Notes under the pieces: generated by a model
What the model saw: only the letters and a program-made list of their open reading frames with translations
Database searches by the model: none
What the model was told of the DNA's origin: nothing
From: a virus
DNA: 64,000 nucleotides
Virus record (IMG/VR): IMGVR_UViG_3300009495_000012
Strand: one strand, 5' to 3'
Shown: positions 38,087-46,751 of the stretch, in pieces
How positions within the stretch are numbered: the first letter of the stretch is position 1
Layout: each line of letters opens with the position of its first letter
Program-made: the position numbers and the translations under genes

Positions 38087-38800
38087 ATGGCATTACCTAA
38101 GTTTAACACGGCACCATTCTTTGATGAGAAGGTACCGTCAACTGGAAAACGGATTACATATCGTCCGTATCTTGTAAAAGAAGAAAAGATATTAATGATG
38201 GCATTTGAGTCACAAGATCAAAAGCAAGTTACACGAGCAATCGGTAACACTTTAAATTCTTGTATAAAAGATGACATCGATGTATTCAAGTTAACAACAT
38301 TTGATGTTGAGTACTTGTTTACAAAGATCCGTTCAAGGGCAGTAGGTGAAAGATCTTCTGTTATCATGAATTGTGTTGAATGTAAGACTGGCAACGAAGT
38401 TGATGTAATGATCGACCAGTTAACAGTTGAGGTTGACACAGATGAGAACGGATGTGAGAAGATTGAAGTAACAGATGAGATTACTGTCGAGATGGCATAT
38501 CCATCATTTGGTGATATACTTGATGTGGAAACAACAGGTGAAACGATTGAAGATGGTATCCATATGGTTGCATCATCAATTCAAGCAATCTTAACAGAAG
38601 AAGAAAGGTTTGATAAGAAAGATTTACAACCTGCTGAGATTATGGATTTCATCATGGAACTACCGACAGATAAGTTTAACTTACTGGGTAACTTCCTAAG
38701 ACGTATCCCTAAACTGGAAAAGGAAGTGGAGTTTGACTGCACTAAATGTGGTCACCACAATAACCCTACTCTTTCGGGAATGAAAGATTTTTTAGTGTAA
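38087..38800 (+). CDS. gp26: Baseplate hub assembly protein gp26-like
   Basis: MALPK..ITYRPYLVKEEKILMMA..LTTFDVEYLFTKIRSRAVGE; CxxC at both ends; ends GMKDFLV. Confidence 0.88.
   Translation: MALPKFNTAPFFDEKVPSTGKRITYRPYLVKEEKILMMAFESQDQKQVTRAIGNTLNSCIKDDIDVFKLTTFDVEYLFTKIRSRAVGERSSVIMNCVECKTGNEVDVMIDQLTVEVDTDENGCEKIEVTDEITVEMAYPSFGDILDVETTGETIEDGIHMVASSIQAILTEEERFDKKDLQPAEIMDFIMELPTDKFNLLGNFLRRIPKLEKEVEFDCTKCGHHNNPTLSGMKDFLV
38788..38794 (+). promoter_or_regulatory. Candidate -1 ribosomal frameshift slippery heptamer T TTT TTA
   Basis: X XXY YYZ pattern in the gp26 frame, two codons before its stop, inside the overlap with the gp51 frame. Confidence 0.6.
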
Positions 38801-38982
38801 ACCTTTCCCATGATAATTTGGTCAATCATTATAAGACCAATTTTTCGTTAATGCAACATCATAACTATAGTTTGAGTGATATAGAAATGATGATACCTTG
38901 GGAAAGGGAGATTTATGTTAGCATGTTAGTTGATTATGTAAAGGAAGAGAACGAACGACTAAAGAAAATAAACAATAGGTAA
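38791..38982 (+). CDS. gp51: gp51-like baseplate hub assembly segment, absent from the ORF track; probably a -1 frameshift extension of gp26
   Basis: FSVNLSHDNLVNHYKTNFSLMQHHNYSLSDIEMMIPWEREIYVSMLVDYVKEENERLKKINNR*; first ATG only at 38851. Confidence 0.8.
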   Translation, partial: FSVNLSHDNLVNHYKTNFSLMQHHNYSLSDIEMMIPWEREIYVSMLVDYVKEENERLKKINNR

Positions 38983-38986
38983 CACT

Positions 38987-41362
38987 ATGGCAGATGACAA
39001 TCAAAGACAGTATTTCGCAGAGGTAATCGAAAGGTTACGCCGTGAAGGTGATCTTGGCAGAAATGGTAAGAACTCCTTTAAGTCTGTGAAGGACACTCTC
39101 AAAGAAGAGTCCATGAATGCTCGTAGACAGAGTCAAATGGATACTAATATCGCAAGTAGTGAACGTAGAGAGTTAATCAATACGTTCAGTGGTATTGTTA
39201 AAAACGAAGATGGTGAGATTACTGTTACTGATTACTCTGGTCAACTAACTGTAATTATAGAAAAGATGGATGGTCTTATAACAGGAATCGAAGATTTCAG
39301 TAAGACTATTATACAAGAAAACGGAAACTTCCTAAACTCTGGTAAACTTGATGGTGCTGAAAACAAACGTGAAAGTAAAGCACAAGCAAAAAATCAATTA
39401 AAAGTACTTCAGCAAATACAGAAGAATACTGCCGCTGGTGGTAAAGGTGGACTTGGTGGTTCACTGAAAGGTCTTGGTGATATGGGTAAAGGTATTGGTG
39501 CAGGTGCTAAAGACATACTTGAAGGTGTTGGTACTGGCATTGGTGCTGTCTTTATGGGTATGGGTAAAGGTATTCTGTTAGCGAGTGCGGGTATTGCCGC
39601 CATAGCACTTTCTGTTGTTGCTGTCATGAGATCATTCGATGAGATGGCAGAAGGTCTCCAGAAACTAAATGAACTTGAGTTAGATCCAGAGGTCTTTAAC
39701 TCTATAGGTAATGCAATTGGATCCTTGGTAAAAGAACTTGGTATGGGTAATGCCATTGGTTTGAAAATACTATCGGGGGTTGCATTTGATGATCTTGGAG
39801 CAGGACTCGAAAAACTAAACAACCTAAAGTTTAATCCAGAAGGTATTGAAAACCTTGGATTGACTCTTAGTGCACTCGGTGATAATACTGGTATCTTTGA
39901 CTCTAAAGGTATTCAGATGCTTGGTGATGTTGACTTCGATGCGATTGCAGATGGAATAACAAGATTAAATGGCATGGCATCTTCTGTATCACCAGAAGAG
40001 TTTGGTTTAATCGGTGAAGCAATCAATAACTTACTGTCTCCATTATCAGCAGGTGATATTGGTGAAGCACAAGTTCTTAGCATGGTGGCAGATAAGGTAA
40101 CACCAGAGTTTGCTGAATCTATTCGTCTACTCGGACAACTTGGAACAGATGAGAAGTTCGAAGATGAGATGTCATCACTTGGTAAAGGTCTTAACAATCT
40201 AATCTCACCATTCGGACTATTAGACACAGATAACATGTTAGTTATCAATTCTTTGGCAAAGGGGTTACCAACTCTTGCACAAGGTGTATCTGGATTTACT
40301 GGATTTGATGCAGAAGTATTTAAGAAAAATGCAACTATTGTTGGTGAAGGTCTACAAGGATTATTAGACGGTACGGATGACCTGTTCGGTGCAGGTGGTC
40401 TACAAATGATTGACGATAACATCCGTCCACTGGCAACTGCTGTATCTGCATTCACAGGTTTAGTTGATGATACTACCGCAGAATCATTTAGAAAGTCATC
40501 TAAAATAGTCGGTGATGGTTTACAGGATCTACTCGATGGCACAGACGATCTATTCGGTGCTGTTGGTTTACAAGCAATTGACGATAACATTCTACCACTT
40601 GCAGAAGGTGTTAAGAAGTTTACTGATATCGTTACTGACCCTATGGCAGAATCATTTAGAAAATCATCTAAGATATTAGGTCAAGGATTCCAAGATCTAC
40701 TCGATGGTACAGATGACTTATTTGGTGCTACTGGATTACAGGCAATTGATGACAATCTAATGCCATTTGCCGATGGTGTATCTGCAATCAATACAGCAGG
40801 TGCAAATTTAGATCTTGCAAACTTTACTCAGATAGGGTTAGCAATTGATGAAGTAAACAAACTATCAGATGCATTGAAAGAAGTAGATTTCTCTCCTATG
40901 GAAGAGGTTGAGTTGCCTGTACGAAAACTACACGCATTCGCATCTGATCTACAAACTCTTATGAAAGGTATTGCGTTTGGTGGAGAGCATGACTTCGAGG
41001 GACTTGGAATGATGGGGTTCAATGATGACTTGGACTTTGGTGAAGGATTCCTTAAAGCAGATCTTCAAGTAGACAATGTATTGAGTAAAGTACAAAAGAT
41101 TCATGAAGCAATCAGTGCAGTACAAGGAATATCATCTGAGCAAGTAGAGAAACCTATTACACCTGCCAAACAACAACAGGGTGAGGAACTCGAAAAGACT
41201 AATAGAGAAGTAGCAGAGAACAAGTCAGAAGGTAGCAATGTCGTATCAACTGTTGCCGTTGGTGGATCCACCACAAACAACAACTCTCAGACAGTCGCAT
41301 TGACAAATAACAATCATGCAACCCAAGATGGCAACGATAGATCGTGGTCACTCTTTGGATAA
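38987..41362 (+). CDS. Tape-measure/baseplate hub gp29-like protein
   Basis: 791 aa, G/A/L-rich helical, central hydrophobic stretch, three 56-aa repeats; follows gp26/gp51. Confidence 0.55.
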   Translation: MADDNQRQYFAEVIERLRREGDLGRNGKNSFKSVKDTLKEESMNARRQSQMDTNIASSERRELINTFSGIVKNEDGEITVTDYSGQLTVIIEKMDGLITGIEDFSKTIIQENGNFLNSGKLDGAENKRESKAQAKNQLKVLQQIQKNTAAGGKGGLGGSLKGLGDMGKGIGAGAKDILEGVGTGIGAVFMGMGKGILLASAGIAAIALSVVAVMRSFDEMAEGLQKLNELELDPEVFNSIGNAIGSLVKELGMGNAIGLKILSGVAFDDLGAGLEKLNNLKFNPEGIENLGLTLSALGDNTGIFDSKGIQMLGDVDFDAIADGITRLNGMASSVSPEEFGLIGEAINNLLSPLSAGDIGEAQVLSMVADKVTPEFAESIRLLGQLGTDEKFEDEMSSLGKGLNNLISPFGLLDTDNMLVINSLAKGLPTLAQGVSGFTGFDAEVFKKNATIVGEGLQGLLDGTDDLFGAGGLQMIDDNIRPLATAVSAFTGLVDDTTAESFRKSSKIVGDGLQDLLDGTDDLFGAVGLQAIDDNILPLAEGVKKFTDIVTDPMAESFRKSSKILGQGFQDLLDGTDDLFGATGLQAIDDNLMPFADGVSAINTAGANLDLANFTQIGLAIDEVNKLSDALKEVDFSPMEEVELPVRKLHAFASDLQTLMKGIAFGGEHDFEGLGMMGFNDDLDFGEGFLKADLQVDNVLSKVQKIHEAISAVQGISSEQVEKPITPAKQQQGEELEKTNREVAENKSEGSNVVSTVAVGGSTTNNNSQTVALTNNNHATQDGNDRSWSLFG

Positions 41363-41448
41363 GTACTTAGTCACATACAGAACCCTACTCATACTATGGT
41401 GCAGTCTTGGACTGAACGTAGGGTTTCTTATCGCACTTTTGTTTCTAT

Positions 41449-41476
41449 AAAAAAAAGGGAACCCCGAAGGGTTCCC
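41449..41476 (-). terminator. Rho-independent terminator with UUCG tetraloop, downstream of gp32
   Basis: Minus strand GGGAACCC-TTCG-GGGTTCCC followed by T8. Confidence 0.9.
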
Positions 41477-41554
41477 ATAAAGAAGGTAGGTTATTTCAGC
41501 AGAAGTAGGTTCGAAACCAGTATTCTGTGATCCTACTCTTATTTTCTCCTGTGG

Positions 41555-42472
41555 TTATTCTGCCTGTGCCATCTGTGCAAAGTAAGACAATGTGTCATCC
41601 TCGTCAGCAGTTGCCGATGCAGTTTCGGGTGCAGAAACAATCTCTGGTTCTGGGGCAGATCTTCCAACCTGTTGTTCCGCAGTCTCAGTGAGTGCTTCAT
41701 TCTTTTGAGTCACGTTTGCACCTACAGCAGTACCAAGTACTAACTCTAGACGTGATTCGAGATCTTGATAAGACTTGAAGTTCTCTGGATCAACAAACTC
41801 ACCTAAGTCAAATTGTTGATTGTAAGTTGCTTCGAGTTTAGTCTCATCTGCATCAAATAATGCAGAAGTAGATTTAAACTCTGACTTATCATAGTTACGA
41901 TACCCTGCAACGTTTCTGATCTTCAGTTCGAAGTCAGCACCCGACCAGAAGTCGAATGGGTTAACAGGTTCTTCGCCAGGGAATTGAGGTTGCATCAAAT
42001 CCATTACTTTATCAAAGATCTTCTTACCATATTCATAGTAAAAGACTTTACCATTATTAATAGGGTTAGATGGATCATTAACAACCAAGATGTTAGAGAC
42101 ATAGTGCAATCTACGTTTCTGCCTACGGGCAGTCTCTTTGTCATCTTCGATACCCGAATTCCATAGGCGTGAATTCAGTTCGGATACAGGATCCTTCTGA
42201 CCGATGGTAGTCAACGATTTCTCGATGTACCATTGACCCGCAGGGCCTTTAAATCCGTGATCCCAATAACGTACCCAAGGCATATCTTGACCTTCCATAG
42301 CAGGAAGGAAACGAATGACTGCGTAACCGTTTCCGTTATCATCAACGGTTGGTTTCCACTGACGTTCGTCTGTGTATTTATTGGTTTTTTTAGTAGATCC
42401 CGATGCTTCTTGGGCAGCGGTTACTAATTTTGAAATGTCGCTGGTGCGACTCTTTAGGTTTGCAAAAGACAT
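41555..42472 (-). CDS. gp32: Single-stranded DNA-binding protein gp32
   Basis: DERQWKPTVD..GNGYAVIRFLP..HGFKGP.GQWYIEKSLTT..GKKIFDK..NPFDFWSGADF.LKI..GYRNYDKSEF; acidic tail. Confidence 0.97.
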   Translation of the reverse strand: MSFANLKSRTSDISKLVTAAQEASGSTKKTNKYTDERQWKPTVDDNGNGYAVIRFLPAMEGQDMPWVRYWDHGFKGPAGQWYIEKSLTTIGQKDPVSELNSRLWNSGIEDDKETARRQKRRLHYVSNILVVNDPSNPINNGKVFYYEYGKKIFDKVMDLMQPQFPGEEPVNPFDFWSGADFELKIRNVAGYRNYDKSEFKSTSALFDADETKLEATYNQQFDLGEFVDPENFKSYQDLESRLELVLGTAVGANVTQKNEALTETAEQQVGRSAPEPEIVSAPETASATADEDDTLSYFAQMAQAE

Positions 42473-42548
42473 ATATTTTCTCCAGTATGTGCATTGTGTG
42501 CAGTTTATATTACAATTGTTTTCAGTGTATTTTCACTTCAACATAATC

Positions 42549-42582
42549 AGTATAACCTATTTATACGCATAAGTCAAGCGTT
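42549..42582 (-). promoter_or_regulatory. Nested early (AACGC-TTGACT-N17-TATACT) and late (TATAAATA, 42558-42565) promoters for gp32
   Basis: Both consensus elements are directly readable. Confidence 0.75.
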
Positions 42583-42584
42583 TT

Positions 42585-42857
42585 CTAAACATTTAGAGTA
42601 TTATTTTTCTCTAAAAAGTTTAAACTCATTGCCTCGAATTCCAGATGTTCGATAATACTTTTCTCAAGATACTTTTTTACGTCCTCAATTTCCATATTGT
42701 TTTTTTCGCACATGTGGACTATCGAGTCCATATAGTTAAGACCAGAGGTCTTTACCGTCATCTCCACCATCTTCGAGAACTTCTTCTTGTTCATGAATGG
42801 TGTTTCTTCCGCCTTTTGGTTTTCGGTAGTGGTCGGTACCGTAAATTCTATCGTCAA
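42585..42857 (-). CDS. gp33: Late transcription coactivator gp33 (likely start 42794)
   Basis: KKFSKMVE..YMDSIVHMCEKNNMEIEDVKKYL..IIEHLEFEAMSLNFL; directly upstream of gp32. Confidence 0.85.
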   Translation of the reverse strand: MTIEFTVPTTTENQKAEETPFMNKKKFSKMVEMTVKTSGLNYMDSIVHMCEKNNMEIEDVKKYLEKSIIEHLEFEAMSLNFLEKNNTLNV

Positions 42858-43347
42858 CTTCTTTCATCTCCTCGGTGTATTCACCTACATCTTTATAAAA
42901 ATGACCGATAGTTCTCTTGGGTCTCCCACTTGGATAGTATGCCATAGCATACACTACTGTACGCATTTTACCTTCCATGTGTCTACCATACCTATGGTCA
43001 TGCCATTCCCCAGAGGTTAAGTATCTCTTCAGATTACCTAAGTAAACTTGAAGTGTCTGATACTGTTGCCTCTCGGACGAGACTTTAGAATCACGTAATG
43101 CTTTCTTGGCACTCAGTTCCCCAGTTATCTCTTTTACCCATACACGGACTTTCTTCCAATGTATAGGACTGTCTTCTGGATATAACTCCAGATCAAGTAA
43201 CGATGGGTGCACAGATTTAGATCCGTCATGTCCTCTTGCCTCACGTGCTTTCGCAAGACGTTCGGATGCCGCTTTCTTCTGTGCATCTGTCATGGTGCGT
43301 TTCTTAGCACCAGTCTTAGTTACTTTATACCCCACGACTATACTCAA
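42736..43347 (-). CDS. Conserved hypothetical T4-like phage protein
   Basis: 203 aa; MTDAQKKAASERLAKAREARG..YL.NLKRYL..GEW.D..YG. Confidence 0.6.
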   Translation of the reverse strand: MSIVVGYKVTKTGAKKRTMTDAQKKAASERLAKAREARGHDGSKSVHPSLLDLELYPEDSPIHWKKVRVWVKEITGELSAKKALRDSKVSSERQQYQTLQVYLGNLKRYLTSGEWHDHRYGRHMEGKMRTVVYAMAYYPSGRPKRTIGHFYKDVGEYTEEMKEVDDRIYGTDHYRKPKGGRNTIHEQEEVLEDGGDDGKDLWS

Positions 43348-43597
43348 CTAAGTTTTCAGTACGGAATGATCTCCAGTCCTGTACTTCTGTGTCGAACAAC
43401 ACAACAAGGTTTTCAGTTTCCTTACGTTCCTTGCCTTCCTGTGGGTGCTTCTCTGCGGGAATAAGATCCCTGTTCAAAGTGCCAATCATATTGCGTAAGT
43501 CACCGTTCACCTTCTTAAACTGTAGGTGTACGATACCTTGACGCAACTCATCAACTATTCCTTGCTTCTTCGATTCTATCTGCTTCGGTGTCATCAT
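43325..43597 (-). CDS. SH3-like/WYL_2 (DUF2693) family protein
   Basis: LRQGIVHLQFKKVNGDLRNMIGTL..LVVLFDTEVQDWRSFR. Confidence 0.75.
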   Translation of the reverse strand: MMTPKQIESKKQGIVDELRQGIVHLQFKKVNGDLRNMIGTLNRDLIPAEKHPQEGKERKETENLVVLFDTEVQDWRSFRTENLVEYSRGV

Positions 43598-43856
43598 CTT
43601 CTACTAACTCCCCTTCTTCAGTGTTTGCGTTTGCTTCATCGTGTAGTTTTTTAACCCACTCATCCGTTTGCATAAAAAAGACAATCATCCTTTCGGTTGC
43701 TAAGATAATTTCTTCTATCTGTTTTAACTCACTTTCTTCAGCATTATCTTTCATGCGTTCCTGCACATAGACAATGTTGTTGATGTAAGTTTCCTTCAGT
43801 ACTTCTACTGCACCTTCGACTGCTGTGTCGAATTCTTCTTTACTTTTAAATCCCAT
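43551..43856 (-). CDS. Hypothetical acidic protein
   Basis: 101-aa ORF with AGGAG RBS. Confidence 0.65.
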   Translation of the reverse strand: MGFKSKEEFDTAVEGAVEVLKETYINNIVYVQERMKDNAEESELKQIEEIILATERMIVFFMQTDEWVKKLHDEANANTEEGELVEDDDTEADRIEEARNS

Positions 43857-43972
43857 AGTGGGTCATCTCCTTCTACTTTATTTAATTCACGTTGAAACAA
43901 TGCTTCTTGTGCTCTCGCACGTTTCTTCATATTCAACTTCTCTTGAGAACTTCTTAGTTTAAGATATCTCAT
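43805..43972 (-). CDS. Possible small basic hypothetical protein
   Basis: ATG just downstream of the promoter at 43983-44016; overlaps the next gene by 52 nt. Confidence 0.3.
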   Translation of the reverse strand: MRYLKLRSSQEKLNMKKRARAQEALFQRELNKVEGDDPLWDLKVKKNSTQQSKVQ

Positions 43973-43982
43973 TGTTGTACCC

Positions 43983-44016
43983 ATTATAACAAACTCCTTT
44001 GGTTTTGTCAAGCGTT
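43983..44016 (-). promoter_or_regulatory. Sigma70-type promoter AACGC-TTGACA-N17-TATAAT
   Basis: Perfect consensus. Confidence 0.85.
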
Positions 44017-44135
44017 AATTATAACACGGCATTCTTTCATTCTACGAATACTACTTAGTACTCCGTATAAATCGTCTTCCGAAGACTGACTGAAAGATAA
44101 CCATATGATTAGCACTAAACGTGCTAAGTTCATTC

Positions 44136-44690
44136 TCACTCAGAAAACCAATACGGTTCTTCACGAGTAGTCCACTTTGCGAAGTACTTCTTCTCTTCAC
44201 GATAGTAGTTACGGTATCCTTCTTGTACGTCATCACGTTTGCAATGGTCTGGCATACACTGTGGTATCTCAGTCGCACGTAAGGTTTGATCGATACTCTT
44301 AGGTGCGAACCATAGGTATCCATTTAATTTGTCATAGGTAGCATGAACACGTCCGTAACGGTACTCATACTCTTTTGCGGTTGCAACAAAGTGTTTGTAC
44401 ATCCAACGGTAGTTCTTATCGTTCTCACGTACCCATATGTTTGATGGGTGATTGACGTGCGATGCCTTGTACAGATCTCTCTGCTGTGCATCACCTTTCA
44501 GTTTCCAACGTTTGATCTTGGCACCCGACCTAGTCTTGTCGTACCACAACTCACCGTCTAATACACGATGGGCAGTACTTAGCAATTGTCCGTATTCGGT
44601 AACCATTTTGACCACGTGTTTATCGCACATCATCTGTGCAGATATAACGGGATCTTTATCTAATGCGAATATGTTCATCACTGTCTCCAT
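44136..44690 (-). CDS. Pyrimidine-dimer DNA glycosylase/DenV-superfamily protein
   Basis: MNIFALD.DPV.SAQMMCDKHVVKM..E..QLLSTAHR..HVNHPSNIW..EY.YRYG..H..YRNYY. Confidence 0.8.
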   Translation of the reverse strand: METVMNIFALDKDPVISAQMMCDKHVVKMVTEYGQLLSTAHRVLDGELWYDKTRSGAKIKRWKLKGDAQQRDLYKASHVNHPSNIWVRENDKNYRWMYKHFVATAKEYEYRYGRVHATYDKLNGYLWFAPKSIDQTLRATEIPQCMPDHCKRDDVQEGYRNYYREEKKYFAKWTTREEPYWFSE

Positions 44691-44820
44691 AATATGATTT
44701 GGGGTTCTTCTTCTCTTCTTTCTTGCGGTCAGTCATCACCACAGACTTGTTGAAACGTTTACCGAACTTGGCAACAGGGTTGCTAGTTTTACCGAGACCT
44801 AGTTTCTTCTTATTACTCAT
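44656..44820 (-). CDS. Small basic hypothetical protein (54 aa), absent from the ORF track
   Basis: MSNKKKLGLGKTSNPVAKFGKRFNKSVVMTDRKK...; fills the gap between flanking genes. Confidence 0.55.
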   Translation of the reverse strand: MSNKKKLGLGKTSNPVAKFGKRFNKSVVMTDRKKEEKKNPKSYYGDSDEHIRIR

Positions 44821-45064
44821 CTTTTATACCTGCATCCCAATCACCAAATATTTCGGGGGCCTGATCAGCGACTTGTTCCATGTAGTACTCGCCTGGATAA
44901 TGTTTCAAACAACGATACGCTTCCTTGCGTACTGAACTTGGTACACGAGGAGTCTTCTTAGGATCCATTAGATCGACTAGGAACTGTCTCGTATTGTCCA
45001 CCGCCCACCGGCGTTCGTTTGGCATAGTCATTATTCGTCCCCCATCCCCTTTATCACGATCCAT
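44813..45064 (-). CDS. Conserved hypothetical protein (likely start MTMPNER)
   Basis: MTMPNERRWAVDNTRQFLVDLMDPKKTPRVPSSVRKEAYRCLKHYP. Confidence 0.7.
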   Translation of the reverse strand: MDRDKGDGGRIMTMPNERRWAVDNTRQFLVDLMDPKKTPRVPSSVRKEAYRCLKHYPGEYYMEQVADQAPEIFGDWDAGIKDE

Positions 45065-45073
45065 ACAACCATA

Positions 45074-45102
45074 AGTATAACACCTATGAGTAGCATTGTC
45101 AA
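45074..45102 (-). promoter_or_regulatory. Sigma70-type promoter TTGACA-N17-TATACT
   Basis: Near-consensus with 17-nt spacer. Confidence 0.75.
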
Positions 45103-45115
45103 ATCAAGTAAAATA

Positions 45116-45487
45116 CTATTCGTCATCATCGGTAGATGCTCTCTTCTTTCCATAGTAAGTCTTACGCCAGATTCTATAGGCAGTCTTTTCTTTACACACA
45201 TAGACTTCTTTGAGTCCACCATTGAAACCTATCTGAACCTTAGAGTCCATAGTGATGACCTTGTCATCCAACATGATGTTAAGGATCAAGTCATACTTGA
45301 GTCCCTCATCAGAGGACATTAGATCACTTACGAGATGTTTCTTCTTGGATCGATTGACTTCTTTCTCAACCATTGGGGTTTCACCTAAACTACACTCGGT
45401 CTTTAGGTTAGCAAGATCTAAACCATTCCATAGTGTGAATGAACCAGTGATGCCAGTAGTTGCTTGTGCTGTGTATCTATTAAACAT
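45116..45487 (-). CDS. Hypothetical protein
   Basis: 123-aa ORF downstream of a promoter, with RBS. Confidence 0.6.
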   Translation of the reverse strand: MFNRYTAQATTGITGSFTLWNGLDLANLKTECSLGETPMVEKEVNRSKKKHLVSDLMSSDEGLKYDLILNIMLDDKVITMDSKVQIGFNGGLKEVYVCKEKTAYRIWRKTYYGKKRASTDDDE

Positions 45488-45523
45488 AATATATTTTCCT
45501 TTATCGTTTCAATTATAAGTGTA

Positions 45524-45557
45524 ATTATACACGAAGATGTGTATATAGTCAAGCGTT
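45524..45557 (-). promoter_or_regulatory. Sigma70-type promoter AACGC-TTGACT-N17-TATAAT
   Basis: Near-perfect consensus. Confidence 0.8.
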
Positions 45558-46184
45558 ATTTTCAAATATTTTAATCTTTCTTAGAACCTTTTGGAATAAC
45601 TGTGAGTAATAACCATGCATTTTCATTGGTTCGGCAGTGTAGACACACGCATACAATCCACGTGGAGCATTGCTTCGGTTCTCGTGTGACGCATGAATCG
45701 TTGATCCATTGATAGCAACCACATCTCCTGCATTGGGTAATACAGTTTCCCATTCATCTGTATCTTGACTCTTGATAAACAATGCACCATTATCTCTGGT
45801 GAAGTCATCTATAGCAATACTTAGATTGACTGTGTGTATATGGTTACTCTTGTTTTGAGAAGAATACTGGTTATCATAATGAGGGACAAAGTCCATCCTG
45901 TCGTGCGGTAACTTGTATACCATCTGATCATTAAACAAATGCGGTGTACCCAGTATCTGTGTCGCAAGGTCTTTCATTATAACAGATGTATAGATCTCTG
46001 TCAATGGTTCTGAGAACTTACCTGCACACGGAACACCTTTCCATGTACTGTGCTTGTCCCATTCAATTCTCATATTATAACCCCAATCGGACATAATGTC
46101 AAGGTCTTCTTTTGAAAATACGTTTGGTATAACTGCCCAACCTTTTAGTTGGTAGTGTTCTATCATAGTCCGATAAGACCCCAT
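45549..46184 (-). CDS. Phytanoyl-CoA dioxygenase (PhyH)-like 2OG-Fe(II) oxygenase (likely start 46166)
   Basis: GWAVIPNVFS..VYKLP..FVPHYDNQY..IAIDDFTRDNGAL..GDVVAINGSTIHASHENRSNAPR. Confidence 0.85.
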   Translation of the reverse strand: MGSYRTMIEHYQLKGWAVIPNVFSKEDLDIMSDWGYNMRIEWDKHSTWKGVPCAGKFSEPLTEIYTSVIMKDLATQILGTPHLFNDQMVYKLPHDRMDFVPHYDNQYSSQNKSNHIHTVNLSIAIDDFTRDNGALFIKSQDTDEWETVLPNAGDVVAINGSTIHASHENRSNAPRGLYACVYTAEPMKMHGYYSQLFQKVLRKIKIFENNA

Positions 46185-46342
46185 CCATGATTAGCAATAG
46201 CATTCAGTATAATAAAGATACATGTTGCCATATGAGTAAACCACCATACAGTTCGTATGACTGCAATACTGTCTGCCTGTTGATCTGTTTCTCCTACCTT
46301 CTCACCCAGACTCTTTGCCCAGAGTCTCCACAACTTACTCAT
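46163..46342 (-). CDS. Small membrane protein (59 aa), absent from the ORF track
   Basis: MSKLWRLWAKSLGEKVGETDQQADSIAVIRTVWWFTHMATCIFIILNAIANHGW; ATGA overlaps at both ends. Confidence 0.7.
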   Translation of the reverse strand: MSKLWRLWAKSLGEKVGETDQQADSIAVIRTVWWFTHMATCIFIILNAIANHGWGLIGL

Positions 46343-46509
46343 ATCCAGTCCTTAACAATGTTGAATATAATTATCCAACCACATAGTAGATTGGTAAACA
46401 CGATAAACGTCCTAATCAATGAGATTCCATTCTCATTAACTGGGTCGTACCCGTCTTCCTCATCGAAAGCTCCGAGTGCGTGTTTCCAGATCTTCCACCA
46501 TTTATCCAC
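46339..46509 (-). CDS. Small membrane protein (56 aa, GTG start), related to the neighbour
   Basis: MDKWWKIWKHALGAFDEEDGYDPVNENGISLIRTFIVFTNLLCGWIIIFNIVKDWI. Confidence 0.65.
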   Translation of the reverse strand: MDKWWKIWKHALGAFDEEDGYDPVNENGISLIRTFIVFTNLLCGWIIIFNIVKDWI

Positions 46510-46681
46510 GTAACACCTGCCGTTGACCCAGATGGTTTTCTAGTGCCAAACGCAGATAGAAGATATTTGGATCATCTTTGTACATCTGTTCAAAGTCTTC
46601 TCGTATCTGGGAATTCTCTGACATAGGTCTATAGTCACAGAACTCTTTAATTGTTGATTTTATTTCGTTATTTGGATTCAT
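46502..46681 (-). CDS. Small hypothetical protein (59 aa)
   Basis: MNPNNEIKSTIKEFCDYRP...; GGAG RBS; overlaps the next gene start. Confidence 0.55.
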   Translation of the reverse strand: MNPNNEIKSTIKEFCDYRPMSENSQIREDFEQMYKDDPNIFYLRLALENHLGQRQVLRG

Positions 46682-46710
46682 CTTTTTTCTCCAGTTAATA
46701 CCCTAATATA

Positions 46711-46718
46711 TATAAATA
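46711..46718 (+). promoter_or_regulatory. T4-type late promoter TATAAATA
   Basis: Exact consensus upstream of the + strand gene pair. Confidence 0.7.
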
Positions 46719-46751
46719 GAATAAGAAGAAACAAACCATACAGGTATAAAT

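Noticed and set aside
41495-41550. tRNA-like element (GGTTCGAAACC)
   Set aside because: The T-arm stem pairs only 2 bp and no acceptor, D or anticodon arms can be built. No tRNA genes were recognised in the window.
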